From a virus, in IMG/VR virus record IMGVR_UViG_3300021168_000026, positions 5,255-69,254 of that record: 64,000 nucleotides of DNA; one strand, written 5' to 3'. The notes under the pieces were generated by a model. That model worked only from the letters and a program-made list of their open reading frames with translations. It ran no database searches and was not told the origin of the DNA. Below, one piece after another: positions 41,099-52,322 of the stretch. Every line of letters begins with the position of its first letter. The first letter of the stretch is position 1. A program made the position numbers and the translations under genes.

Positions 41099-41472
41099 AA
41101 AAGTCCAGTGAGAGAGCTTTCTGGATCGGTGGGCTGATCGCCGCCGCGGGAGCTACTGGTGTAGCTGTCTACTTCATCGCCAAGCCCAAAGCCCCGGCAC
41201 CACCTCCGACGACCCCGGTAATACCGCCATCACCTCTGATGGTACAGCTCCCTAACACCTCAGACGTGACTCTTCCTAGCGGTCAGACGCTAATTATCGC
41301 GTCGCCGAACGGCACGCTCATCACAAATCTTCAGGTAGATACCAAACCGCAGGTGCCTGTGATCGTCGGGGGCCAAGGCAACGCGACGGTGGGGCAGCAC
41401 CGGGTGTTTGTTACCTGGACTGACACCAGCGGCGCGTCGACCACGAACACGTTTCTCCTGACGGTGACCTGA
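41089..41472 (+). CDS. N-anchored membrane protein (paralog array)
   Basis: KK....FWIGG...G...Y...KPK; start may be 41095. Confidence 0.7.
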   Translation: MSVKKSSERAFWIGGLIAAAGATGVAVYFIAKPKAPAPPPTTPVIPPSPLMVQLPNTSDVTLPSGQTLIIASPNGTLITNLQVDTKPQVPVIVGGQGNATVGQHRVFVTWTDTSGASTTNTFLLTVT

Positions 41473-41831
41473 TGAAAAAGACAACGAAGCGGGTGCTCTG
41501 GATCGGTGGTCTCGCCGCTGGCGCCGTCGGTGTTGGGGTAGCGGTGCATTACCTCTCCAAGCCCAAGCCACCGTCACTGGCCGGGACCAACGTCAACCTC
41601 CAGATGCCGCCCATCGCAAACAACGCGAGCATCCCTCGCGGGACTAGCCTTACCCTCTTGCCTCCCAGCGGCGGCAAAATCACCGCTATGGCAGTCAATG
41701 GTTCTCCGCAGCCTGGACCCGTCATCGTTGGCGGCCAGAACGCCCCGGTTGGTAGCAACCCGGTTGTCGTAAATTGGACCGACGCCAACGGCGCGCCGGG
41801 GGTCGGTAACTTCAACCTCCAGGTGACGTGA
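41472..41831 (+). CDS. N-anchored membrane protein, paralog of the preceding gene
   Basis: Shared PVIVGGQ, V.WTD..GA, F.L.VT. Confidence 0.7.
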   Translation: MKKTTKRVLWIGGLAAGAVGVGVAVHYLSKPKPPSLAGTNVNLQMPPIANNASIPRGTSLTLLPPSGGKITAMAVNGSPQPGPVIVGGQNAPVGSNPVVVNWTDANGAPGVGNFNLQVT

Positions 41832-42184
41832 TGAAGAAGTCGACCAAAGAGCTTCTCTGTATTACTGGGGCTGTTGCCGGTGTCGGGGCTGTCGCTGGCC
41901 TCATCATCTACCTCGTCAACAAGCCCAAAACCCCAGCAACCGTGGGAACAGGCGCCCTCCAACCGCAGTACGCGGCTCGACAAGCGCAGGTGTTCGCGAC
42001 CATCACGCCGACCGGAGCAAGGTCTCAAGCGACACAGGCTACCCAGGCTGCACCGCATCTCTACAACCCATGGTGGGCCCCACCCTCAGTCCCACAGGTT
42101 CCTTGGGTAGGCCGAGGTGGTGGCGCGGCGAGTGGAAGCTTGAATCCGGCAGCGCCTCCCGGGCCTATCCGTAGTCGACTCTGA
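41828..42184 (+). CDS. N-anchored membrane protein (paralog array)
   Basis: KKSTK..TM..Y..KPK. Confidence 0.65.
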   Translation: MMKKSTKELLCITGAVAGVGAVAGLIIYLVNKPKTPATVGTGALQPQYAARQAQVFATITPTGARSQATQATQAAPHLYNPWWAPPSVPQVPWVGRGGGAASGSLNPAAPPGPIRSRL

Positions 42185-42185
42185 C

Positions 42186-42884
42186 GTGAAGCCTGAGGTC
42201 CTCTGGCTGGGCGGGCTAGTCGTAGGAGCCGGAGCCGTAGTCGGCGCGGTAGCCTTGGCCAGCAAACCGGTCGGGGCTAAACCAAGCTCCCCGGTAGCAG
42301 CCTCCCTGCCAAAAGCCCCGCTGCCGAACCTTGCACCAGCGGTTGCTTTCACGAGACCCACGAACTTCATAACGAGGGCCGCGCCCTCATTCTATCGAGG
42401 CGGGCTATTGCCTCCCCCGCAATCCCAACCGATAACTCCAGCGCCGGTTCCCTTAGCTGGAGACTCGCTCCAGCAACATAACCTCCAAGTGGTCAACGCC
42501 TACCGCTCTCGGCTAGGAGTGGCACCGCTGATATTAGATATAAGACTTAGCTCTTTCGCCATGGCTGGCTCCCAGCAGCTCTCTCAAGACCACATACCTC
42601 ACCAGCATATTCGCTCAGCCGTAGCCGCGGGGACCCTATTCAACCCAGAAAACGGTTTCGCTCAAGAAGCCGGGGAAAATCAAGGCAGCCCCGTCGGATG
42701 GCCGCCGGAAGACGAGACCCAACAAATCGATGAAGCTCTCGCGATGATGTTTGCCGAGGGCCCCGGCCAAGGGGAAGAGCACGGTCACTACATGAACATC
42801 GTCAACCCCAGATTTACCCGGCTTGGGGTAGGCTTGCTGCTTGTTGGTGGTAGGTTGTACATGACCAACGATTTCTCGAGCTAA
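42186..42884 (+). CDS. Membrane-anchored CAP/SCP-domain protein
   Basis: VN.YR...G..PL, GEN, GH..NI......LGVG, Y.T.DF. Confidence 0.8.
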   Translation: MKPEVLWLGGLVVGAGAVVGAVALASKPVGAKPSSPVAASLPKAPLPNLAPAVAFTRPTNFITRAAPSFYRGGLLPPPQSQPITPAPVPLAGDSLQQHNLQVVNAYRSRLGVAPLILDIRLSSFAMAGSQQLSQDHIPHQHIRSAVAAGTLFNPENGFAQEAGENQGSPVGWPPEDETQQIDEALAMMFAEGPGQGEEHGHYMNIVNPRFTRLGVGLLLVGGRLYMTNDFSS

Positions 42885-42886
42885 CG

Positions 42887-43480
42887 ATGAAGCAATCCAC
42901 CAAAGATGCTCTCTGGCTCGGCGGGGTTGTCACGGGCGTTGGCGCTCTCGCTGGAACCATCGTCTATATGGCCGGCAAACCTGCCTCGGCTCCAACAAGC
43001 ACTGGCGACAGCGCTGGGGCCAAGAACCCCAATGCCTCAGCGCTAGCCCCAACATCAACCCCATCAACGAACCCACCTGCCGCCAACCTCGTCGCGCCCG
43101 GGCCTCCGCCAAGCCAGGTGCCGACTAGTATTCCGAGCCCCCAGGGGCCATCGTTCCCAACGGCAGGCTTCTTCCCCGCCGATCAGTCGGCCATCACTGA
43201 GCCAACTGTCGCTCTCGTTGGAGGCCGTCGCTACAACGTCACTTACTCGGCGACCAACCCCAACAACCCCTTCGAGACGTCTTGGCTAGATAGCTACTCG
43301 AGCTGGAGGGGCCCCGATGGCGGTATCGTCAAGGGGGTTAGCGGGGGTTCCAGGAGCTTCAGCTACCAGTTCATCGCATCTAGGTCGATCAACCTGCCGT
43401 TGAGCGCTTTTCTCACCCCCATCGCGGCTCATGTCAACGGCCTCGGTATCCAAGGGAGCCCCTCCGTAGTGCCGCTTTGA
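42887..43480 (+). CDS. N-anchored membrane protein (paralog array)
   Basis: KQSTK.ALWLGG...Y...KP. Confidence 0.65.
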   Translation: MKQSTKDALWLGGVVTGVGALAGTIVYMAGKPASAPTSTGDSAGAKNPNASALAPTSTPSTNPPAANLVAPGPPPSQVPTSIPSPQGPSFPTAGFFPADQSAITEPTVALVGGRRYNVTYSATNPNNPFETSWLDSYSSWRGPDGGIVKGVSGGSRSFSYQFIASRSINLPLSAFLTPIAAHVNGLGIQGSPSVVPL

Positions 43481-43506
43481 GCCACTGTGGTAGGATGTAA
43501 GCCACG

Positions 43507-44919
43507 ATGGCCAAGGCTGGGTACAACGTCGAGGCCTATCCCCCCGGGCCGGCTGGTATCAGGCGGAGCGTCGATGAGGTCGCGAAAGCGATGCGAGATG
43601 GTCGCATCGATGAGGCTGTGCGCGGCTGGGCGATCGATCAACTCACCAAGCGGGGGATCGATGGCCGTAATCATCCTTCGATCAAAGCAAGGACCCAAGC
43701 GCTTCTTGACGCTGTGCGGGCTCAAACGATCTACGTGCCCGACCCTCAGGGCGCGGAATGGATCCAGAAGCCACATGTCACTCTTTGCCTCCGCGATCGG
43801 TGCATCCCCGGCGAGGACTGTGACGGCGTCACGGCCGCGCTTGGTGCAGCTCTCCTGAGCATTGGCCTACCCGCCTATGCAGTGAAGGTCACCTACGGGC
43901 AAGATCACCAAGAGCATATTCTCGTCGGGATCATTGATGAAAACGGCACCAAGCTCTACGCCGACCCCTCGACCAACGCGGCGGTCATGGTGAGGGTCCC
44001 CAACGCCGTCGATGAGGTATGGATCGACCCTCTTGATTCTTCATCGGTTCACATCGGAACTAGTGGAGCAGAGTTTGTAACTCTTGGCAGCCCCCTCGGT
44101 AGCCCTTGCGGCCGACAGCTTTTCTTCAAGGCCGGCCACTGGTTCGAGATGTACAAGGGCCAGTGGTGGATGCACGTTGGTGGGAAGTGGATACCGGGGC
44201 CGGTCGACTACCCCGAAAAAGCCGGCTTGATGGGGCCTTACCTCAACAGGCAGCGGCAACTTTGCGTGGCGCGCGATGGCGTTGAGATTGAAGTCACGCC
44301 ACAACAAGCTGGCCTCGGCACGATCGGCATCCCGAGGCTCGTTCAGTGGCACACGGTCCACGAGCTCTCCGATCTGCTCAACGCGCTGACGAGGCAGGTT
44401 CAGCATATCGACGCTGCCTTCAACGGCCCCGGCGGCCAAGCGTGGTTTCAAGCCGACCCCACGGCATACGGCGCTTGGGCGAGCAAGTACGTGTCAGCCC
44501 GCAGCGCCTGGGATCCCACCGTCGCCAAGGCTACCCTCGTTGTTCACCCGGTAACACCCAACACGCTCAGCTGGGATTGGGTCGTGTCGACGGCACCTGA
44601 TGGCACCGACATGTTCGATGCCGTCGCGAAGGCGTTCATGCCCTTCGAAGACTTGGATCGCGAGCTGCGCGGCTCGGCAACCTTCCCTCCCTCGGAGCTG
44701 CCCAATTACTCAGACACACCCCAGCCTACCGCACCGGACTTCGAGCTCACCGAGTATCAGATCGCCGACAGCGGGTGGCAGGCAGCCAAGCAGTTGGGGC
44801 AGAAGGCCAACGATGTATTGCAGCAAGCCGCGCCTTACCTCGCGCTGGCTGCCGCGGGCGTCGCGCTCTATGCGACGTATCGGATCGCTGACGCTCTCCC
44901 TCGGCCAAGGCGGGCCTAA
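43507..44919 (+). CDS. Transglutaminase-like cysteine protease domain protein with C-terminal TM
   Basis: Y..DP...E, EDCDG (Cys), EHI (His), ADPS (Asp). Confidence 0.75.
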   Translation: MAKAGYNVEAYPPGPAGIRRSVDEVAKAMRDGRIDEAVRGWAIDQLTKRGIDGRNHPSIKARTQALLDAVRAQTIYVPDPQGAEWIQKPHVTLCLRDRCIPGEDCDGVTAALGAALLSIGLPAYAVKVTYGQDHQEHILVGIIDENGTKLYADPSTNAAVMVRVPNAVDEVWIDPLDSSSVHIGTSGAEFVTLGSPLGSPCGRQLFFKAGHWFEMYKGQWWMHVGGKWIPGPVDYPEKAGLMGPYLNRQRQLCVARDGVEIEVTPQQAGLGTIGIPRLVQWHTVHELSDLLNALTRQVQHIDAAFNGPGGQAWFQADPTAYGAWASKYVSARSAWDPTVAKATLVVHPVTPNTLSWDWVVSTAPDGTDMFDAVAKAFMPFEDLDRELRGSATFPPSELPNYSDTPQPTAPDFELTEYQIADSGWQAAKQLGQKANDVLQQAAPYLALAAAGVALYATYRIADALPRPRRA

Positions 44920-45389
44920 TGTTGATCTGCAAGGGTAATACAGTTTCCTGCCTCGTCGAGGGCCGACGAGTGCGTTGCGCTGGGTCGATGCTGCACGATC
45001 CGACAGGCCGGCATTGGCCCAAACACTCACTGCTCATCGGGAAGTTCCAGAAGGGTTCTGAGGAGCCTACGGAAGAGCAATATCGCGGTGCGCCAAGAGA
45101 CTACCTCGGCCGAGGCTATCGTGCGCGGGTGGGGTCAGTTGACCTACCGCCGAAAAGACTCTCTGAGTGGGAAGAAATCGGGCCTGTAGCGGAGATCTTC
45201 TACACCCGGCCGGGTACGAGCAACCCGGGGAGGTTCAGGCATGCGTTCAATAAGCCACACGGCGTTTCTCTCGTTGTTTTCCCGTTCAAAGGTAAGGGGA
45301 AGGCGACTTTGAGGAAGTGCGGGCGGTTTCATCGGCTCGACATGTCACGCGGTGCCTTGATCGATTCGAGAGGATTGGTCTGGCCCTAG
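44919..45389 (+). CDS. Basic hypothetical protein
   Basis: TAATG-coupled ORF in the virion module. Confidence 0.55.
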   Translation: MLICKGNTVSCLVEGRRVRCAGSMLHDPTGRHWPKHSLLIGKFQKGSEEPTEEQYRGAPRDYLGRGYRARVGSVDLPPKRLSEWEEIGPVAEIFYTRPGTSNPGRFRHAFNKPHGVSLVVFPFKGKGKATLRKCGRFHRLDMSRGALIDSRGLVWP

Positions 45390-45398
45390 GAGGCTCAG

Positions 45399-46958
45399 AT
45401 GAATTATCTAGAGCTTTTGCAGCAAAATAGAGGTGACTCAGGCCACGCCGCGGCTGCTGGCCAGTTGCCAAAAAAGACCAAGACCGTGCCCGTGTTGCAT
45501 TCTGTCAAGGGGCATGCTTCACTACATGCGCGGGCGGCTCGTGGGTCAAAGGGAGACAAGCTCCCACCGAAGACGAAAAGGAACTCCCATCCTATGGCAG
45601 GCAAAAATAAGAAGAAGAAGAGCGGGGCGAAGGGCCGGCCTTCGAAGGCTGACATCAAAGCAGCCCACGGGAACCTGAAACAGGCATGGGCTCTTCATCG
45701 CGCCAAGCATGGCGGCAAGGCGTCGAAAAAGACGACCTCCAGCAAGGGCGGCAAGAAAAAGGCTGCCAAGCGGAAGAGCGCCAAGCGGAAGAGCGCCAAG
45801 CGTGGTGGGAGCCGGAAGGGCTCCAGCCATCGATCGACGTCTCGAACGAGCGTGACCCGCACGGTCATACAGAAACTCCCTGGCCATACGACCAAGATCG
45901 CGGTCGTTCCGATCCACGCAGCGGCCCGCCGAAGCAAGTCTTCGAAAAAGCGCAAGTCGAGCAAGAAAAAGGCTGCTAAGCGAGCGGCCCCGCGAAAGAG
46001 CTCCAAGAAAAAGGGCAAGGGCAAGAAGCTCACCGCTGAGCAGAAGGCTCACCGCAAGGCGATGCGACAAGCAAAGAAAGCCTTTGCGCCGATGGAGAAC
46101 CCGCTCGGCGGGATGGAGCTCGTCGTCGGGCTCTTTACTGGGGTCCTCGGGTTCGCGACGGCCGACCTCCTCGACCGATTCGTTGCAACCCACGCGCTGA
46201 CGGCCAAGAGTGACGGCTCGTTTGCTGACACTCCCCCGGCTGACGGCAACTACCCCGGCTTGTACAACGCGACCGCGGTCCTCGCTCCGATGGATTGGAA
46301 GCGATGGCTCGTCGGTGTACTTGGCCCAACAGCCACCCCGCTCGTCGCCGCGCAGTTCGTCTCTTCCAAGGTTGGCCGAAGTGCGTTGCAGATGTTCGGC
46401 TTTGGATCAGGGATGAGGGTGCTCGGTAAGGGCCTCGTTGACCTCGGGGCGATGCTCGCCAAGAAGTACAGCTTCACTCAGCGGCTGTATGATGGCGAAC
46501 TCCGCGCCGGTGCACTCAAGGCCAAGGACGGCTCCGAGGCTGCGCTCCCCAGCGCGGGTTTGGGTTCGCCCTGCGGCTGCGCAAACTGCACTACGGGTGT
46601 AGGTTCTTGCTGCGGTCGACTCAATACCTCGTCACCGCCGGCAAGCCCGCCGATCTACGCGCCTCCGGCGACTCCGCCGCAGCAGCCGACCACAACCCCG
46701 CCGACGAACACCAATTACGTCCCGCCGGCACCTCCGCCTCCTCCCCCACCGCCCCCGGCCAACCACCCGGCCGAGCCGCCTTCGCCTCCCCTGGCGAACA
46801 TGCTCCCCCCCGGGCGCATGAACGCCTTCACGCCGACCGCTCCCCCGGTCTACCAGAATCAGGTGAGCCCGCTGCCGAAGCCGGCTTACATCCAAGGTAC
46901 CCCCGAACAACAGCACCGCAGCAAGTACAGCTGGGGTCACAACGACGACAATCAGTAA
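45399..46958 (+). CDS. Histone H1-like Lys/Arg/Ser-rich protein with hydrophobic core and Pro-rich tail (candidate core protein)
   Basis: KRKSAKRKSAKR and KKKAAKR tracts, hydrophobic helices after ENP, poly-Pro. Confidence 0.7.
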   Translation: MNYLELLQQNRGDSGHAAAAGQLPKKTKTVPVLHSVKGHASLHARAARGSKGDKLPPKTKRNSHPMAGKNKKKKSGAKGRPSKADIKAAHGNLKQAWALHRAKHGGKASKKTTSSKGGKKKAAKRKSAKRKSAKRGGSRKGSSHRSTSRTSVTRTVIQKLPGHTTKIAVVPIHAAARRSKSSKKRKSSKKKAAKRAAPRKSSKKKGKGKKLTAEQKAHRKAMRQAKKAFAPMENPLGGMELVVGLFTGVLGFATADLLDRFVATHALTAKSDGSFADTPPADGNYPGLYNATAVLAPMDWKRWLVGVLGPTATPLVAAQFVSSKVGRSALQMFGFGSGMRVLGKGLVDLGAMLAKKYSFTQRLYDGELRAGALKAKDGSEAALPSAGLGSPCGCANCTTGVGSCCGRLNTSSPPASPPIYAPPATPPQQPTTTPPTNTNYVPPAPPPPPPPPPANHPAEPPSPPLANMLPPGRMNAFTPTAPPVYQNQVSPLPKPAYIQGTPEQQHRSKYSWGHNDDNQ

Positions 46959-47011
46959 CGAGCCTGCCGGATAGGGCCTGAGAGGCTACCCGGTAAAAAG
47001 AAAGAAAAACC

Positions 47012-48409
47012 ATGTTGAAGCAAGCAGATCTCCTCAAGCAACACATGAGCGTCGCCCGGAAGGACTTCAAGCCGCAGGGCAAGTTCCTCCCCAAGGCGCC
47101 GCCCGACCAGCGCCGAATCCTCGGCCTGGGCGCTCCCCCGATCAACGCCGAACGCCTCAAGATGGCCGCGAATCCGCGTGAAGGCATCGGCGCGATCATC
47201 GACGCGATCAAGGACAGCGTCGACTGCCCCGTCTGGAACATGGACGTCATCGAGCAGGTGCGCTGGAACCTCCAGGGCCCCATCGATGACCAGGCAGTCA
47301 CCGCGAGCTTCGGTGCCGAGATCGACCTCTTCGGATCGGGCCGTCAGGTTGATGGTGTCGACTACGTCGAGACTACGATGGCGCAGACGGGCCAGACCCA
47401 GACGTACATGGTGGCCTGCTACATCGGCTTCCACCTCGAGCCCGAGCCCTTGTGCTGGACGGCCCAGGGCAACGCGTGGAGCCACCCGGTGGTCGGAGTT
47501 GCGACCGGTGCGGTTCCGATCTCGCCGGATGTCTTCACCCAGAACGACCGTTTCAACGGCGCGCTTGGTGCGGCGATGTCCGGCGCTACCCCCACGCAAG
47601 TGTTCGTTCCGGCGGTCCTCGAGTGGGGCTGGTGGGCGAACTACGTCGCGTGGATGATGGCCCGCGCATACAACCTGCGTTGGAAGATCGGCCAGCACAC
47701 GAACATCATGGATGAGGTGTTGCGACACACCGCGTACATGCCCCCCTCGGCGCAAGAGGGCTCTGCCTCTAGCTCTGAAGTTGACATCGTCGACTTCGTG
47801 CGGCGCCTCAACGACCGCTACGACTCGCTGGGAACGGCGCTCAACTTCCTCAAGATCAACCGATTGAGGATCGGGTCGGTTCTTGGAACCGCGGCGACGA
47901 ACCTCGGCATCTTCAAGCCGGATCGCTCGCACGAGTTGGTCGGTGCAACCTACGGCGGTATGGATCTCCGGTCGATGTTGAGAGGCAACAGCGAGTTCCG
48001 CAAGCTCGTACTGCCCTACGTCATCAAGCCGGGCGTCCCCATCGGGCTCATCCTCCAGGAGAACGACCAGGTCCAGGGCGACATCATGCGCCGGTACCTG
48101 TCCGTGACCGAGCGGTTCGGCACCACGCCCCCGCTCATCACCGACCAGGTCAACATCCCCGCCGAGGAAGACGGCACCAACGCAACCCCGGTTGGTCTCG
48201 AGCGCACGGTCGACGGCTTCAACGTCGCGCAGCAGATGGACACGGATCGTGCCCTCTTCAAGGGCGGTGAGCTCAAGATCAGCCTCATGGTCAAGGGCTT
48301 CGAGGTCACGGAGAACTGGTACGACGTTCTGAAGAGCAACCCGGATCTCATGGCGGCCGTTACGGACGCTTGCGGTATCCGGTTCGCGATGCAGGGCGCC
48401 GCAGCCTAA
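47012..48409 (+). CDS. Candidate major capsid protein (fold not determinable by eye)
   Basis: Very strong C/G-ending codon bias, 465 aa beta-rich, followed by a hairpin, centre of the virion module. Confidence 0.5.
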   Translation: MLKQADLLKQHMSVARKDFKPQGKFLPKAPPDQRRILGLGAPPINAERLKMAANPREGIGAIIDAIKDSVDCPVWNMDVIEQVRWNLQGPIDDQAVTASFGAEIDLFGSGRQVDGVDYVETTMAQTGQTQTYMVACYIGFHLEPEPLCWTAQGNAWSHPVVGVATGAVPISPDVFTQNDRFNGALGAAMSGATPTQVFVPAVLEWGWWANYVAWMMARAYNLRWKIGQHTNIMDEVLRHTAYMPPSAQEGSASSSEVDIVDFVRRLNDRYDSLGTALNFLKINRLRIGSVLGTAATNLGIFKPDRSHELVGATYGGMDLRSMLRGNSEFRKLVLPYVIKPGVPIGLILQENDQVQGDIMRRYLSVTERFGTTPPLITDQVNIPAEEDGTNATPVGLERTVDGFNVAQQMDTDRALFKGGELKISLMVKGFEVTENWYDVLKSNPDLMAAVTDACGIRFAMQGAAA

Positions 48410-48426
48410 TTCCCGGCGAGAAGGGT

Positions 48427-48475
48427 GAAGCCCCCGACTGCGCGGCCCATGCTAGGCTAGCGTGGCGGGGGCTTC
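48427..48475 (+). terminator. Stem-loop after the candidate capsid gene
   Basis: GAAGCCCCCG...CGGGGGCTTC inverted repeat, no U-tract. Confidence 0.55.
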
Positions 48476-48517
48476 GGCCTATCAGAGGCGCTGAAACACA
48501 AATTTAGAGGCAGCCAA

Positions 48518-49267
48518 ATGTCTGAGATTGTGACGTTTACCCCCGAGCAATTCAACGAATTCCTCAAAGCGTTTGGCAAAGCGCCTGGCTTGGCGGCCCC
48601 CCAAGGCCCCCAGCATGTGAAGGTGCTTGGTCTCGGCTGCGGTGAAGGGGGGCCGCTTTACTCAGGCGTCTACGAGATGCTTGCGTTGGGAAGCCCCCGG
48701 CTGGCTTTGGCTAAGGCCCTCGGTTACCGGTTTGTGCCCTACTACATGAACATCCGGGCGACGTTCTCCAACGTCGATACCGTTGACGTTCCGACGGTCG
48801 GCTCCGACGTCAAGATTGACCAGGATACGCTCGTTGACCAGATGACGTTCGTCATCATCAACAAGAGCGACACCGCGAACAAAAACATCCAGCAAACGCT
48901 GAGCGATTTTTTCTTCAATTTCCAAAGTGGCATTGAGGCTACGTTGGATGTTCAAGGTGCGCCTCGGCCGACCCTCGCGCCGAAATTCACACCACTCAAG
49001 AACCTGGCCGATGTCACCAACTGTACTCGGTGGCCTTACGGGTTTGTACTCACCTACCAGCAACAGTTGGAAGCTAGCTTTCGGGCCAGTGTGACTCTCC
49101 CCTATGCGCCGATTGAGGTCGTGTTGACCTTTCGATCTTGGGTGCCCGACACCGAGGCTTTCGTTGGCATGACCAACAAGCAGGCTTTTGAGGGCTTGAG
49201 CCAGCAATGCGGTATCACCTGCGATCCGGCTTACATCGATCGTACCTACGCTCAAGCAACCCGGTAA
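48518..49267 (+). CDS. Candidate minor/second capsid protein
   Basis: Beta-rich; LGLG at about the same position as in 47012. Confidence 0.45.
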   Translation: MSEIVTFTPEQFNEFLKAFGKAPGLAAPQGPQHVKVLGLGCGEGGPLYSGVYEMLALGSPRLALAKALGYRFVPYYMNIRATFSNVDTVDVPTVGSDVKIDQDTLVDQMTFVIINKSDTANKNIQQTLSDFFFNFQSGIEATLDVQGAPRPTLAPKFTPLKNLADVTNCTRWPYGFVLTYQQQLEASFRASVTLPYAPIEVVLTFRSWVPDTEAFVGMTNKQAFEGLSQQCGITCDPAYIDRTYAQATR

Positions 49268-49271
49268 ACGT

Positions 49272-50072
49272 GTGGCTAGAAAGATCGAAATCGCCTCAGT
49301 TGGGTTCGATGAAGGCCTCCAAGGGATAGGGGGAGACGCCTTCGGGGGAACCTCCGCGGTCGGTCTCCGGGTCCCGACTCTAGCTAGCGGCAGCCCTACT
49401 ACGCCGAAGCGGTATCTCTTCATGCTAGCCGCGTTTAGCGTCTCTGAGAACGCTCAGGCTCGGATTGTCGGGATGCGGCAAATGACCCGCATAGGCTTCC
49501 GGCAACCGCCTGGGGGAGAGGTCCCCGCGGCCTCGGCACCTTATACAGTCACTCAGCTCGTCGAGGACCCGGCCTGGCGCTTTCAGGATGGGAACGTCAG
49601 CTACCACTTGCAGAGACTCGGGCCGCCCAACAGCCAGGGGTTTCCCTCAGTACCATCGGCAACTGACCTTCGGAACCTCGTCAATGGGTTTTCGATGACC
49701 CCGGCCTTGCTCTACAGCAAGATAACTGTGGTCGGCCCCCAGTACGTCAACCTGACGGAATACTTGCCGCCCAACGGAGGCAAACCGTGGGGTACCCCTC
49801 TTGGCTCGGGGCATCAAAACACCATCCTAGACATTCGCGCGCCCTGGGCCGAGTCGACGGGTTGGATCTCGCTCGACATGGAGCTTGAGGGGCCCGATAC
49901 GGTTGCCCTCTTCGCAAGTGTTTTCCAAACTGACCCCCTCGTCAGGCCCACACTAGTAACCCCAACCCCGTTCTTCCCCGAGGGGCTCTCTCGTGAAGAG
50001 CAGTTCCTCAAAAACTTCCCCAACGCGATCTACTGGAGCGTCGCTGGGTCTCTCATCGTGGAGCTGCCATGA
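49272..50072 (+). CDS. Putative virion protein
   Basis: Beta-rich ORF in the same operon. Confidence 0.45.
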   Translation: MARKIEIASVGFDEGLQGIGGDAFGGTSAVGLRVPTLASGSPTTPKRYLFMLAAFSVSENAQARIVGMRQMTRIGFRQPPGGEVPAASAPYTVTQLVEDPAWRFQDGNVSYHLQRLGPPNSQGFPSVPSATDLRNLVNGFSMTPALLYSKITVVGPQYVNLTEYLPPNGGKPWGTPLGSGHQNTILDIRAPWAESTGWISLDMELEGPDTVALFASVFQTDPLVRPTLVTPTPFFPEGLSREEQFLKNFPNAIYWSVAGSLIVELP

Positions 50073-50497
50073 CCGACGATCCTCGTTGGGGTGAAATTGC
50101 GTTTGCCCTCGATACTCCGACTCGGCCTAGAACGCCAGAGCAGATCGCTGCGCTGTTGAAGTCTCTCGATGAGCTCAAGAACACATACAATAGTCTCATC
50201 AGCGCGCAGCAGCAGAATCGAAATACTATCGATTCGTTGAAGGCCCAACTAGCTTCAGCGCAAGCTACAGCTCCCTCGGCTCCGCCGACTGGCTCTGATA
50301 AGGCAGGCGCCCCCGGCCCGAACAATACCCCCGCGCCTGGCCAGGTGTATATCTCAGCCCCCGCAGCCGGGGCTGTAGCGCTCATCGCGGCCATCGTTGG
50401 AGGCGGCGCCGGCTACGCAATCCGTGGCCATCTCGACAAGGGCAAGCATAAGAAGCTCGCCGCCAAGGAAACCCCCCAGATCGAGGAAGAGGAGTAG
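50069..50497 (+). CDS. Coiled-coil membrane protein
   Basis: Heptad region and C-terminal TM. Confidence 0.6.
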   Translation: MTDDPRWGEIAFALDTPTRPRTPEQIAALLKSLDELKNTYNSLISAQQQNRNTIDSLKAQLASAQATAPSAPPTGSDKAGAPGPNNTPAPGQVYISAPAAGAVALIAAIVGGGAGYAIRGHLDKGKHKKLAAKETPQIEEEE

Positions 50498-50502
50498 TTG
50501 TC

Positions 50503-51827
<1,325 letters not shown>

Positions 51828-51832
51828 GTTCT

Positions 51833-52306
51833 ATGCCTTTCCCTAAAGCCTCTCGCGCAAGCGTCAACAGGCTCAATGCGCAAACTGCTATCGTCCAGGG
51901 AGAGGCTTCGGACACAACGAGGATATTTGCCAACTCCGTCGCCCTGGTCAACTCGGCTCCGATCACCTCCCCTGGCAATATCACGCTCGCAGCTCCCGCA
52001 GTGGCCCCTATCGGCACTGGCCAAGGGTTTCGCATTACGGGGTCGATGTACGGTCTATGCAACATCGTCGGCGCCACCGTGACCTTGCGTTTGTTCCGCG
52101 ATCTCACTAGCGTGGGGCCGATCGCTGTCAGTGTAGCTGTCTCAGCAGCGGTGACCTCGAACAACATCGCTGGCGGCTCGATTCAGTGGATCGATGTGCC
52201 TGGGGATAGCGCTCCACATGTCTACTCGATCCACGCCACGGTCGATACGGGAACCTTCCAAGTCCCGACCGGTGAAGCCTCCATCACCGTTGAGCAACGC
52301 GGTTAG
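51833..52306 (+). CDS. Fibre-head paralog without collagen stalk
   Basis: WIDVP...HVYS...G.A.I.VE matches the head of 51099. Confidence 0.6.
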   Translation: MPFPKASRASVNRLNAQTAIVQGEASDTTRIFANSVALVNSAPITSPGNITLAAPAVAPIGTGQGFRITGSMYGLCNIVGATVTLRLFRDLTSVGPIAVSVAVSAAVTSNNIAGGSIQWIDVPGDSAPHVYSIHATVDTGTFQVPTGEASITVEQRG

Positions 52307-52322
52307 AAAGCAGGTTTTCTAG

